Part shown: piece by piece, positions 25,842 through 35,680 of the stretch | Numbering within the stretch: the first letter of the stretch is position 1 | Layout: each line of letters opens with the position of its first letter | Assembly (NCBI GenBank): GCA_035456525.1 | Contig: DATICZ010000103.1 | Location: 5,403-69,402, forward strand | Origin: Gemmatimonadales bacterium | Lineage (GTDB): Bacteria; Gemmatimonadota; Gemmatimonadetes; Gemmatimonadales; GWC2-71-9 | Length of the DNA stretch: 64,000 nucleotides | Direction of reading: 5' to 3' | Translations under genes and position numbers: made by a program | Notes under the pieces: generated by a model | The model's input: the letters and a program-made list of their open reading frames with translations, nothing else | Told to the model about the DNA's origin: nothing | The model's database searches: none

Positions 25842-28616
25842 TCAGCGGTTCAATTGAATCGTGGCGCGCGTGTACAGGTACCGGCCGTTGTACCCGAAGG
25901 GGGACGCCGCCGCCCACGGAAACGTATTGTCGTTGTTGTTGAACTCCGCCCGCATCTGGTCCGGATAGGTGTCCAGGAGATTCCGGGCCCCGATCGACAC
26001 ATCGACCTGATTGAATTGAAACCCGATTTCCGCGTCGATCAGGGTCTTCCCGCCGTAATGCTCCTCATCGGTGAAGCTGGGCTGCGCCGAGGAGAAGCCG
26101 CCGTAGTAGGACGCGCGGCCGAGCGCGTGGAACCGGCCACTGGTGTACTGGGCGGTGAGCGTACCCCGCCAGTCGGGGCGCTCCTCCTCGATGGCGAGCC
26201 GGTTCGTCACATCGATGATGCTCGTCAGGTCGGTCGCCGTCCCCTGGAGGATCTGCGGCAACGGGTCCAGCCGGGTGATCCGGTTGCGGACGTAGTTGGC
26301 GGCCGCCGTGAACTGGAGGGTGCCCTGCCCCGCGGGCACCCGCAGGTCTGCGGTGAGGTCGAGGCCGTCCGTCTTGGTGTCCAGACCGTTGGTGAAGAAC
26401 TGCACACCGCCGATGTTGGAGAACCCGGAATCGGCGAGAATCCGCTGCGCCACGGTGTCGGCGAAGTTGGCCGTGAGCAGGATGCGATGGTCGATCTTGA
26501 TGTGGAAGTAGTCGACCGTGACCGTGAGGTTGTCCCGCGGCGTGTACGCGAATCCTCCGCTGAGGTTGAGCGAAGTCTCTTCCTGCAGCGGCTTCGCTCC
26601 AAAGATGCGCGACGCCCGGTGGTCCACCGGGAAATTGCCGATCTCGATCAGCTGGCCGCCGATGAAATTCGTGGTCGTGTGGCTGAAGAAGCTCTGACTC
26701 AAGCCGGGGGCGCGAAATCCCGTGCTGGCCGAGCCGCGGAGGACGAACCGTCGCGTCGGCTGGTAGCGGAGCGCGAGCTTGCCGGTGAGTCGCTGGCCGA
26801 AGTCGCTGTAACTCTCGAACCTTCCCGCGATGTCCGCCAGCACCTGTGAGCCCAGGTTGCTCTCGAGATCGACGTAGGCTCCGACGTTGGTCCGGTTGTG
26901 GTCGCTCGCGTCGCTGGGAGAGAAGCCGGGGAATACCGAGGAGCCGGCTGGGGCCAGGTTGCCCGGGTTCGTCGCACTGTCCTGGGCGAGGTGCCCGCCG
27001 TTGATCCACGAGGCGGTTTCTCCAGCTTCGATCTTGTAGCTCTCCCGCCGAAACTGGGCGCCGAGGGCGACGTTCACAGGCGAAGGCAGGCCCAGCTCCA
27101 GGCGCTTCGCCAGCGTCAGCGCGGTGCCGAACTCGCCCCGCTGCAGTCGTCCCGCGTCAAACGCGAGCTGGTTGGGAATTCCAGGATCGTCGCTGGTGCC
27201 CAGCACGCCATCCGCACCCGGCGCGCACGGCACGTCCAGGCAGGGTCCGAGCGAAGCATTGTTGGTGTTTCGCAGATCGTAGGCGAACCGGTTCAGGCCG
27301 TACGAGGCGCCGAGGTCCACGGCCCAGCCGCCGACAGTCGCTCGGACTCCCCCGGCCGCCGAGTAATCATTGACCTTCGGTTTGAACTCCGGCAGGAAGC
27401 CCTGCGGGTAGAGCTCCGGCCAGTTCCTCGCGCTGTCGAAGTAGCGCCAGAAGCCGTTTCCGGTGCCGACGCGGTGACTGTAGCCCCCGAAGGCGTAGAC
27501 CTCGCTCGAGCCTTCGGCGTTCAACGGCATCCGGAAGTTCGCGAACGTCATCGCGTCCTTCTCGAGCCCGTCTCCCCAGTGGAGGTTCGGCTGCGCAAGC
27601 GAGTTGCGCTTCTGGAGGATCTTCCCGGTCGCCGGATCGATCAGGTCTCCCACGCCATTGACGTCCACGAGGAACGAATCGGCCCAAGCCCGGTTCGTCG
27701 GATCACGCTGTTGGAACTCCCCGAACACATTCACGAAGCCACGACCGAGCCCGATCCCCACACCGCCGTTGACGTCCACGGTCGTTCCATCGTCCGGGTA
27801 GTCCGCTGTCACGTAGCGGCCGGCATCGACGTTCACGTACGGGGAGAACTCGCCCTCCCGCATGACGAGGTTGACGACGCCGGCAATGGCGTCCGATCCG
27901 TATTGGGCGGACGCCCCGTCCCGCAACACTTCGATGCGCTCGATGGCGCCCCCGGGAATGGCGTTCATGTCCACCCCGCTCGAGCCCCAGGCCATCCCGT
28001 ACGGGAACGTGTTCACCACGGCGGATTGATGCCGGCGCCACCCATTCACCAGGACCAGGGTCTGGTCCGGGCTCAGGCCGCGCAGCGTGAAGGGGCGGAC
28101 GATGTCGTTCGCGTCGGTGACGCTCTGGCGGGGGAAGTTCACCGACGGGGCGAGCTGCTGCAGCATCTGGCTCGTTTCGCGGGTCCCCTGTCGGGCGAGC
28201 ACTTCCGCGGGGAAGACGTCCACCGGCACCGCCAGCTCCTCGGCCGCCGTGTGCCGCGCTCGGGACCCGACGGTCACATCGACGGGAGCCAGCCCGATAG
28301 GCTGGGCTCGCAACGCGAAGTCCTGCTGCGTGGCCTGACCTTCCCCGACCGTGACGCGCAGAACCTGGGGAACGAACCCCAGCAGTCGCGCACGCACCGA
28401 GTACGTCCCGGCCGGAACGCCCCGCAGCTCGTACCTGCCCTGTTCGTCCGTGGAGGCCCGGGCCCCGACGGCCTCGATGGTGACCATCGCGTGGGCCAGG
28501 GGAGCCCCCGCCGTGTCGAGCACGCGCCCGACGACGGATCCCCCTTGCGCCGCGACCGGACGAGCGACGGCGCACGTGAGAACGGCCGGAACGATCAGAC
28601 CGAAAAGGCGTCGCAT
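25842..28616 (-). CDS. TonB-dependent receptor with an N-terminal carboxypeptidase-regulatory-like domain
   Basis: 924 aa. Signal peptide, then GSVVGRVLDTAGAPLAHAMVTIE...GRYELRGVPAGTYSV. Plug motifs LRGLSPDQTLVLVNG and IEVLRDGASAQYGSDAIAGVVNLV. C-terminal aromatic-rich barrel. Confidence 0.9.
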   Translation of the reverse strand: MRRLFGLIVPAVLTCAVARPVAAQGGSVVGRVLDTAGAPLAHAMVTIEAVGARASTDEQGRYELRGVPAGTYSVRARLLGFVPQVLRVTVGEGQATQQDFALRAQPIGLAPVDVTVGSRARHTAAEELAVPVDVFPAEVLARQGTRETSQMLQQLAPSVNFPRQSVTDANDIVRPFTLRGLSPDQTLVLVNGWRRHQSAVVNTFPYGMAWGSSGVDMNAIPGGAIERIEVLRDGASAQYGSDAIAGVVNLVMREGEFSPYVNVDAGRYVTADYPDDGTTVDVNGGVGIGLGRGFVNVFGEFQQRDPTNRAWADSFLVDVNGVGDLIDPATGKILQKRNSLAQPNLHWGDGLEKDAMTFANFRMPLNAEGSSEVYAFGGYSHRVGTGNGFWRYFDSARNWPELYPQGFLPEFKPKVNDYSAAGGVRATVGGWAVDLGASYGLNRFAYDLRNTNNASLGPCLDVPCAPGADGVLGTSDDPGIPNQLAFDAGRLQRGEFGTALTLAKRLELGLPSPVNVALGAQFRRESYKIEAGETASWINGGHLAQDSATNPGNLAPAGSSVFPGFSPSDASDHNRTNVGAYVDLESNLGSQVLADIAGRFESYSDFGQRLTGKLALRYQPTRRFVLRGSASTGFRAPGLSQSFFSHTTTNFIGGQLIEIGNFPVDHRASRIFGAKPLQEETSLNLSGGFAYTPRDNLTVTVDYFHIKIDHRILLTANFADTVAQRILADSGFSNIGGVQFFTNGLDTKTDGLDLTADLRVPAGQGTLQFTAAANYVRNRITRLDPLPQILQGTATDLTSIIDVTNRLAIEEERPDWRGTLTAQYTSGRFHALGRASYYGGFSSAQPSFTDEEHYGGKTLIDAEIGFQFNQVDVSIGARNLLDTYPDQMRAEFNNNDNTFPWAAASPFGYNGRYLYTRATIQLNR

Positions 28617-28695
28617 GGGCCCTCCTTGGCTCGCGTCATGGTGAACTGCCGCATCTCGCTATTGTGCCCCCGTTCAGGGCCGTGTGCAAGCCGCC

Positions 28696-30330
28696 TCAGG
28701 GCGCCGTCAGGTCCGCCGTGGCCGGGAAGCGCGGCGCCCGCCGCGGCCGCACCGCCTGCTCGTAGGCAAAGGCGAGCCGGATGAGCGTCGGCTCACTCCA
28801 CGCCGTTCCAATAAAGGACATCCCCACCGGCAGCCCATGGACGTAGCCGACCGGCACCGACACGCTCGGGTACCCGGACACCGCGGCCGGCGTCGACGAC
28901 GCCCCCAGGAAGTGGTCTCCGTTCACGAGGTCGGTGGTCCAGGGCGGGCTTCCCGTCGGGGCTACGATGGCGTCGAGCTTCTCCCTGGAGAACACGACGT
29001 CGAGGCCCTCGCTGCGCGACAGCCGCCGGCAGTGAGCCAGGGCCTCGATGTAGGCGTCGTCCGAGAGCGGTCCCTTCTCCTGGGCCATGGTGAAGATCTC
29101 CTGGCCGAAGTAGGGCAGCTCTCGATCGCGGGTCTGGTCGTTGAAGGCGATCAGGTCGGCGAGCGACTTGTGCGGCGCCCCCTCACCGAGCCCGCCGAGA
29201 TACGCGTTCAGGTCGGCCTTGAACTCGTACAGCAGGACGGTGAACTCGGCGTCGTCGTACTCGCCGCTATGGGGGATGTCGGCGGGATCGACGATCACCG
29301 CCCCGGCCCGCTTCATGGCGTCGAGCGCCGCCTCGACCAGTCTGTCGGCAGTCGCGCTGTAGCCGAAGAACTTGGCCCGGGCCACACCGATCCGCGCTCC
29401 CCGCAGGCCATCGGGATCGAGGAACTTGGTGTAGTCGCTCTCCACGCGCGCCGCTGCCGTCGCCGGGTCCTCGGGATCCGTTCCCGCGAGCACGCTCAGC
29501 AACGCCGCCGCGTCCGCGACGGTGCGCGCCATGGGACCGGCCGTATCCTGGGAATGCGCGATGGGGACGATGCCACGGCGCGACACGAGCCCGAGCGTCG
29601 GTTTGATGCCCACCAGCGAGTTCGCGGAGGAGGGGCAGACGATCGAGCCGTCGGTCTCGGTCCCCACGCCCACCACCGCGAGGTTCGCAGAGATCGCCGC
29701 ACCGGTGCCCGAGCTCGAGCCGCAGGGGTTGCGGTCCAGGGCGTAAGGATTGCGGCACAGGCCGCCGCGCCCGCTCCAGCCGCTCACTGAATGCGTCGAG
29801 CGAAAGTTGGCCCATTCCGAGAGGTTCGTCTTACCGAGCAGGATCGCACCCGCGTCGCGCAGCCGGCGGGCCACCGTCGCGTCGCGCGGGGCCGGCCGGT
29901 CGGCGAGCGCGAGCGAGCCCGCGGTCGTTTTCATCTTGTCGCCCGTAGCGATGTTGTCCTTGATGACGACCGGAATGCCGTGCAGCGGTCCCCGCACGCG
30001 GCCGGCCCGGCGCTCGGCGTCCGCCGCGTCGGCCAGGGCGAGCACATCGGGATTGGTCTCGATCATCGAGCGGAGCGCGCCGCGCCGGTCGATCTCGTCG
30101 ATGCGGGCGAGGTACAACTGGCACAGCCGTCGGGAGGTGTACTTCCCGCTCCTCAGTCCCTCCTGCAGCTGCGCGATCGTGGCTTCTTCGAGCTCGAATG
30201 GCGCGGAAGCGATGGCCGCAGGAGGGACGGCGCCAGGGACGGAGGCGCTGCCCGCCGCGGGCCGCACGACGCCAGCGAGTGTGCCGAGCCCCGCATACTC
30301 AATGAACTCTCGACGAGACAGATACGGCAT
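28696..30330 (-). CDS. amidase (amidase-signature family), probably exported
   Basis: 544 aa. Tat-like N-terminus SRREFIEYAGLGTLAG. Signature residues VVIKDN and GSSSGTGAAISA, and GTETDGSIVCPSS. Confidence 0.9.
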   Translation of the reverse strand: MPYLSRREFIEYAGLGTLAGVVRPAAGSASVPGAVPPAAIASAPFELEEATIAQLQEGLRSGKYTSRRLCQLYLARIDEIDRRGALRSMIETNPDVLALADAADAERRAGRVRGPLHGIPVVIKDNIATGDKMKTTAGSLALADRPAPRDATVARRLRDAGAILLGKTNLSEWANFRSTHSVSGWSGRGGLCRNPYALDRNPCGSSSGTGAAISANLAVVGVGTETDGSIVCPSSANSLVGIKPTLGLVSRRGIVPIAHSQDTAGPMARTVADAAALLSVLAGTDPEDPATAAARVESDYTKFLDPDGLRGARIGVARAKFFGYSATADRLVEAALDAMKRAGAVIVDPADIPHSGEYDDAEFTVLLYEFKADLNAYLGGLGEGAPHKSLADLIAFNDQTRDRELPYFGQEIFTMAQEKGPLSDDAYIEALAHCRRLSRSEGLDVVFSREKLDAIVAPTGSPPWTTDLVNGDHFLGASSTPAAVSGYPSVSVPVGYVHGLPVGMSFIGTAWSEPTLIRLAFAYEQAVRPRRAPRFPATADLTAP

Positions 30331-30396
30331 GACGCGCTCCGGATGGTCGAATGATCCGGAGGAATGTGCAGGGCATTGCCGCGTCCGGCTACGCGG

Positions 30397-31797
30397 TCAG
30401 GAGACGCTGTCCGCCGCGGCTTCCCCCGCGGGATGGTCCATGACGACCCGCGGGAGCGGGCCGCGCAGGCGCCGCCGCACACGGACCACCAGGACCGCAG
30501 CCATGACCGCGAGTCCCACGACGAGTCCCCACCACATCCCCGCCGGCCCGGCCGCCGTGTGCAACCCGAGCCAGGTCGCCAGCGGCAAGGCGATCGCCCA
30601 GTATCCGAGGACGTGCACGATGAGCGGGGTGCGGGTATCTCCCGTGCCACGCAGGATGCCGATGGAGACGACCTGCGTCCCGTCGAATACCTGGAAGGCT
30701 CCCGCGACCGGGATCAGCGTCACGGCAATGGCTGCCACCGACGGGTCGATCGTGTAGATGCGGGCGAGGAGCCCGGGGAAGGCGAGCATCAGCATCCCGC
30801 TCGCCGCCATGAAACCCACCCCGCAGACCAGGGCCGCGGATCCAGTACGGCGCGCCTCGGCCGTGTCCCCGCGCCCAACCGCCTGGCCCACGAGGACCGC
30901 CGCCGCCATCGAGACCCCGAGCGGCACCATGAACGTCATGGATACGATGTTCAGCGCCACCTGGTTCGCCGCCATGGGAGCGGCGCCGAGCTGTCCCATC
31001 AGGATCCCGACCAGGCTGAAGATTCCGAGCTCGACTTCGTACTGCAGACCGATCGGCGCTCCGAGCGCGAGGATGCGGGCCAGCGGTCCGACGGCGAGCG
31101 CCTCCGGGCGCAGCGGCAACAGGCGGTGGCGCAGCCGCGGCCAGGCGAAGGCGATCATGAAGGCGGCCAGCAACCAGCGCGACAGCGTCGTGGCCCAGCT
31201 CGACCCGATGGCGCCCAGCGCGGGCACGCCGAAGTGCCCGAACACCAGGACCCAGTTCAGCGCCAGGTTCAGAAGATTCGCCGCCAGGGTCGCCCAGACC
31301 ATTGACGCGACCTCGCCGGTCGCCTGCATCACGGAGCGTATCAGCACCACGAGCAGGAACGGCAGCACTCCGCCCACGGCGATCCGGACATAGGCCGCCG
31401 CGGTGGGAACGATCTCCGCAGGCTGGCGCAGGGCGGCGAAGAGCGGCTCGGCCGGAAGCAGCACGACGCTGCAGAGCACCGTCAGGAGCACGACCAGCAG
31501 CAATCCCCGCTGCAGCGCGCGGGCGACGGCCGCCTCCTCCCCCGCTCCGACCGCCTGGGCGACGATCGGGTCGAGTCCCATGAGCACGCCCATGCCGAAG
31601 ATCGAGACGGCCAGGAACCACAGATTGCCGAGCGCGACCGCCGCCATCGCATCGGCTGAGACGTGGCCGACGACGATCGTGTCCACGACGCCCATCGCCA
31701 TCCAGCCCAGCTGGATGGCGACGACCGGGAGGGCGAGGCGCACCATGCGACGCAGGGTGGTGCGGAACCGTTGGGAAACGCGACCGGTCGGCGACAT
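30397..31797 (-). CDS. MATE family efflux transporter
   Basis: 466 aa from MSPTGRVSQRFRTTLRRMVRLALPVVAIQLG. About 12 TM segments. The first 106 codons of the track ORF are Arg-rich junk. Confidence 0.9.
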   Translation of the reverse strand: MSPTGRVSQRFRTTLRRMVRLALPVVAIQLGWMAMGVVDTIVVGHVSADAMAAVALGNLWFLAVSIFGMGVLMGLDPIVAQAVGAGEEAAVARALQRGLLLVVLLTVLCSVVLLPAEPLFAALRQPAEIVPTAAAYVRIAVGGVLPFLLVVLIRSVMQATGEVASMVWATLAANLLNLALNWVLVFGHFGVPALGAIGSSWATTLSRWLLAAFMIAFAWPRLRHRLLPLRPEALAVGPLARILALGAPIGLQYEVELGIFSLVGILMGQLGAAPMAANQVALNIVSMTFMVPLGVSMAAAVLVGQAVGRGDTAEARRTGSAALVCGVGFMAASGMLMLAFPGLLARIYTIDPSVAAIAVTLIPVAGAFQVFDGTQVVSIGILRGTGDTRTPLIVHVLGYWAIALPLATWLGLHTAAGPAGMWWGLVVGLAVMAAVLVVRVRRRLRGPLPRVVMDHPAGEAAADSVS

Positions 31798-31871
31798 CCC
31801 GGAAATTACCGTCGCGCGACATGCGCGCCGAGGCCACGGGGCCCGGCGCGCGTGCGGAAACGATGAAGCCG

Positions 31872-32687
31872 CTACCGAGCCCTGCGAATCGTCAGGGGGC
31901 CGTTCGTGGTGACGACGCGAATCGGCGCCCCGCCCGCTCCGAGCGTGGTCCGAATGCGGTCCGTCACGCGTCCCTGCAGCGTCACGGTGAGCGGGAAGCT
32001 CACGTCCATCGGGCCGTTCACGGTCCCCGTCTCCAGCTGCGCGTTGTAGCGCTCGGGGATCGCCAGGTCGACCGGACCGTTCCGCGCTTCGGCATCGAGT
32101 CCGGCGCCTTCCCACCCGGTGCCGGACAACCTGACCGTCAGCGGTCCGTTCTGCACCCGGGCGGTGATGTCACCGCCCACGCCGGTGAGCGACACGGGAC
32201 CGTTCTGCGCGCGCAGATTCATAGTCCCCGTCACGTCCGCGATCGAAATCGGGCCGTTCTCGGTGGTCAACGCGAGATCGGTGTGCCGGGGAACGTACAC
32301 ATCGAAACTCACCGACCACTGCTGCCGCCACCCGGTCTCCGGTCCGGACGCGCGGATCGACGTGCCCGCCGCGGCGATGCGCACCGCGTCGGCGAGCTGC
32401 TGTGCGTCTTCCTCGCTCCGCGCACCGGCCTGGATCTTCGCCACCACGGCGATCGAATCCCGGTCCCAACCGTAAATGGCGATGGCGCCGTTTTCCCCCG
32501 GCTCCACCGTCAGGGCGCCACCCGCCGGCCGCATCCCGGTCTCTCGGATGCGGCAGACATGGGGCCGCTCGTTCCAGTGTCGGCTCTGGCACTGCGCCAG
32601 CCATGCGTCGGCGTCGGACTGGGCGGCCAACGCCGGAGCCGTAAGGGCAAGGGACACCAGCATCGCGCTGCCACGGCCGATCTTCAT
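31872..32687 (-). CDS. DUF4097-like beta-strand-repeat protein, secreted
   Basis: The start MKIGRGSAMLVSLALTAPALAAQ lies at 32687. Repeated NGP(I/V/L)(S/T/D) strands are present (ENGPISIADV, QNGPVSLTGV, QNGPLTVRLS, RNGPVDLAIP, TNGPLTIRR). Confidence 0.75.
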   Translation of the reverse strand: MKIGRGSAMLVSLALTAPALAAQSDADAWLAQCQSRHWNERPHVCRIRETGMRPAGGALTVEPGENGAIAIYGWDRDSIAVVAKIQAGARSEEDAQQLADAVRIAAAGTSIRASGPETGWRQQWSVSFDVYVPRHTDLALTTENGPISIADVTGTMNLRAQNGPVSLTGVGGDITARVQNGPLTVRLSGTGWEGAGLDAEARNGPVDLAIPERYNAQLETGTVNGPMDVSFPLTVTLQGRVTDRIRTTLGAGGAPIRVVTTNGPLTIRRAR

Positions 32688-32884
32688 GGATGTCTCGTCG
32701 CGGAGGTCCCCCCTTGGACACGGCGCCGGGCCGGATGGTTGCCGCGCCGTGGTCCAGGCCGGCCGGAAGCGGTGAGCGGGCTCACAACCCATTTGGGCGC
32801 TTGGCGTTCCACCGTCGCGGCCGGGCACCCTACTTGCGGTTGGCAGGATGGGGTGAATCATTCAACGATTGGCCTGGGGACTGG

Positions 32885-34594
32885 ATGCGACTGAGCAACC
32901 TGGAACAATCGATTTCCAAGCACTCCCGGACGCTGCATCTCGACAGCATCCGGAGTCGCATTCTGCTGTTCGCCGTCCTGGCGACCCTCATCCCGTCCAT
33001 CGCCACCGCCTGGATCGCCTACTCCCATTTGCAGCAATCCCTGACCGACAAGGTCACGCGGGAGGTGTCCGGGGCGAGCAAGCAGAGCGGCCACGCCGTC
33101 GCGCAGTGGCTGAAGGACCGGGTCTACGACCTGCGCGTCTTCGCCAGCTCCTACGTGGTGACCGAGAATCTCGAGGAGATGGGACGGCCCGGGCCAGCCG
33201 ATCCGCGGGTGCGCCGCCTCAACGAATACCTCGCGTCGGTGCGCGAGCGCTTCGGGGACTATGTGGAGTTGATGGTCGTGGACCCGCAGGGCCGCGTCCT
33301 GGCGACGAGCGGGCGGCAGATCCGGACCGTGAAGATGCCGCCGCGCTGGATCGACGACCTGAGCTCGGAGAATTCGTCCTTCGGCGACCCGTATCGCGAC
33401 GAGGCCCTCGGCGCGACCCTCGTCGTCGCCGCGGTCCCCGTGCACGTCCCCAGCGGCCGGTTCCTCGGCGCCCTGGTCGCCAAGATCAGCCTGGGATCCG
33501 TCGACCAGATCTTTCGCCAGTACGCGCCCGAAGATTCCGGCCGCATCTTCCTCATCACCACCGATACCAGCGCGGGCTTCACCGGCACCATCGTGACCGG
33601 ACGCGGCTCGGGCACGCGGCTCTTGACGAAGTCGTTCGACCAGCTGGCCGGACGGGACAGCGGGATCGCGCGCTACGTCAGCTTCGACGGAGAAGAGGTC
33701 CTCGGCAGCCTGTCCCGCGACCCGGAAGTTCGCTGGGGGGTCGTCGCCGAAACGCCGGCCTCAGCGGCATTCCGGCAGGTGACCCGGTTGCGCCGCCTCA
33801 TGGTCCTCCTGCCCGGGGCTCTGCTGGCCGGGATCGGCCTGATCGGGTACTTCCTGGGCCAGCTCATCGTGCGGCCGCTGGATCGGCTCGCCAAGGGCGC
33901 CGCCAAGGTCGCAGCCGGCAATCTCGACGTGGACCTGCCGGTCATCTCCGCAGGCGAGGTCGGCTATCTCACCCAGGTTTTCAACCACATGGTGGTGCGT
34001 CTGCGCGAGGGCCGCGAGGCACTCGACGCGGCGAACGAGACGCTCCGCCGGAAGAACGAGGAGCTCGAGCGGGTCTCGGTGACCGACGGGCTGACGGGAC
34101 TCTACAATCGGCGCCGGCTCATGGAAGTCTTGAGCGACGAAACGCGGCGCTCTCAGCGGCTGAAGCACACGTTCGCCGCGTTGATGGTGGACGTGGATCA
34201 TTTCAAGAAGTACAACGACACCTTCGGGCACCTGGAGGGCGACGGCGTGCTGACTCGGGTGGCCACGATGCTGCGCGAGGCGACGCGCGAGGTGGACTTC
34301 GTGGCGCGCTACGGAGGAGAGGAGTTCCTGGTCATGCTGCCCGAGACCGCGATGCCGGAGGCCCAGGAGATCGCCGAGCGGATCCGGAGCCGGATCGCCG
34401 AGGAGTCCTTCTCGGGCCGGCGTATCACGGTGAGCATCGGCGTCGCGGAATTCCCGCTGCACGGCCAGACGCCCGAGCAGGTGATCGCCGCGGCCGACGA
34501 GGCGCTCTACGAAGCCAAGCGCGAAGGGCGCGACCGGGTGCGGCGGGCGGGGTTGAAGCTGGTCCGGCCCAAGGCCAAGGAACGCGCCGGCTAA
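32885..34594 (+). CDS. diguanylate cyclase with a periplasmic Cache-like sensor, HAMP and GGDEF domains
   Basis: Starts at MRLSNLEQ. Two TM segments flank a ~270-aa sensor. The HAMP region reads RPLDRLAKGAAKVAAGNLDVDLP. The GGDEF domain has an intact RYGGEEF. Confidence 0.9.
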   Translation: MRLSNLEQSISKHSRTLHLDSIRSRILLFAVLATLIPSIATAWIAYSHLQQSLTDKVTREVSGASKQSGHAVAQWLKDRVYDLRVFASSYVVTENLEEMGRPGPADPRVRRLNEYLASVRERFGDYVELMVVDPQGRVLATSGRQIRTVKMPPRWIDDLSSENSSFGDPYRDEALGATLVVAAVPVHVPSGRFLGALVAKISLGSVDQIFRQYAPEDSGRIFLITTDTSAGFTGTIVTGRGSGTRLLTKSFDQLAGRDSGIARYVSFDGEEVLGSLSRDPEVRWGVVAETPASAAFRQVTRLRRLMVLLPGALLAGIGLIGYFLGQLIVRPLDRLAKGAAKVAAGNLDVDLPVISAGEVGYLTQVFNHMVVRLREGREALDAANETLRRKNEELERVSVTDGLTGLYNRRRLMEVLSDETRRSQRLKHTFAALMVDVDHFKKYNDTFGHLEGDGVLTRVATMLREATREVDFVARYGGEEFLVMLPETAMPEAQEIAERIRSRIAEESFSGRRITVSIGVAEFPLHGQTPEQVIAAADEALYEAKREGRDRVRRAGLKLVRPKAKERAG

Positions 34595-35373
34595 CGACCC
34601 GGGGCGGCGACGGCGCCGCCGGCGTCCCCACGTTTCTGCACCAGGGTCCAGAACACCCACCCCTCACGCCCGTTGTCGTCGACGACCCGCATCCACTGAT
34701 CCGCGTAGGAGATGCCGGTGAGCTGGACGCCGCCGTCCAGCGTCGCGAGGACCTTGAACGTCGACCCGGGACCGTCCCGGAGATTGCAGCGGCCGGTGGT
34801 GCGGAGCGCCAGCGGAACGGCGAACATGCTCTCGCCCGGACGCACCGCCGACGGGTCGCCGTTCCCCTCCGAGACCCGACGGCGACCCACGGTGGCCTGG
34901 CCCTTCGCCTGGTTCGCGAGGTAGAGCGCCCCGCCGTAATTCTGGTGATCGAACTCGCTGGCTGCGTCGCTCAACATCTTCGTCGCCCGGGCGAGCTCCG
35001 GGGTGGCGCTTCCCCGCGCCGTGCGCCGCAACGTCTGCAGGACGATCTGGGCCTCCGCCATGCCCGAGGCGGCTTCGGCGCGCGTCGCCAGGGTCTGGAC
35101 CTTCGCCATCGAGCGCACCGCGTCCCGACTCGCCGCGTCAAGCCGCGCCTGCAGATCCTCGACCAGCGCATCCCGGTCGAGCAGCTGCAGCTGCAACCGG
35201 GCGACGCGCTGCTCCAGATCGCGATCCCGCACCGTGACGGTTTCCGTGACGACACGCACCGGGAGCGGAGCGTGGTTGTTGGGTGTGGGGACCTGTTCCG
35301 GCGCGCTGTGAGAGCACGCGGCGAGCGCCAGCGCGGCGGCGCTGGCGAGGAGGACCGGGTAGCACGACGCCAT
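34591..35373 (-). CDS. lipoprotein with a coiled-coil segment and a C-terminal SH3-like domain
   Basis: Starts MASCYPVLLASAAALALAACS (lipobox). A heptad-like LEQRVARLQLQLLDRDALVEDLQARL is present. The C-terminal CNLRDGPGSTFKVLATLDGGVQLTGISYADQWMRVVDDNGREGWV resembles a bacterial SH3 domain. Confidence 0.7.
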   Translation of the reverse strand: MASCYPVLLASAAALALAACSHSAPEQVPTPNNHAPLPVRVVTETVTVRDRDLEQRVARLQLQLLDRDALVEDLQARLDAASRDAVRSMAKVQTLATRAEAASGMAEAQIVLQTLRRTARGSATPELARATKMLSDAASEFDHQNYGGALYLANQAKGQATVGRRRVSEGNGDPSAVRPGESMFAVPLALRTTGRCNLRDGPGSTFKVLATLDGGVQLTGISYADQWMRVVDDNGREGWVFWTLVQKRGDAGGAVAAPGR

Positions 35374-35523
35374 GGCAGGAGACTGGGATGGCAAACGTGG
35401 GGCCAACGGAGCGCCGACGGACAACTCGTTGTCGTACAATGATTTACTTTCTATTGGCCCGGCAGGACCCGGGGCACACACGCCCCCAGCCTCTCACTAC
35501 GCCAGAATCTTGGCGATTCCCCG

Positions 35524-35616
35524 CTACCGCACCGTCAGGGCGGCCAGAGCGGCGAGAACGGCGAGGGCAAGCAGCGGGGCGAGGATCTCGCGTACGGCGA
35601 AGCGGGGCGCCGGCAT
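35524..35616 (-). CDS. possible 30-aa hydrophobic micro-protein
   Basis: Manual translation gives MPAPRFAVREILAPLLALAVLAALAALTVR. It is below the ORF-track size cutoff. GC3 is high (about 27 of 30 codons by hand count). It lies in an otherwise unassigned ~300-nt gap, and the SD is weak. Confidence 0.25.
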   Translation of the reverse strand: MPAPRFAVREILAPLLALAVLAALAALTVR

Positions 35617-35680
35617 ACCCTAATTCTGGGCCGGCGTCGCGCGGCGTGCGGTGACCTGTGTTACGGGATCGCGGTGACCC

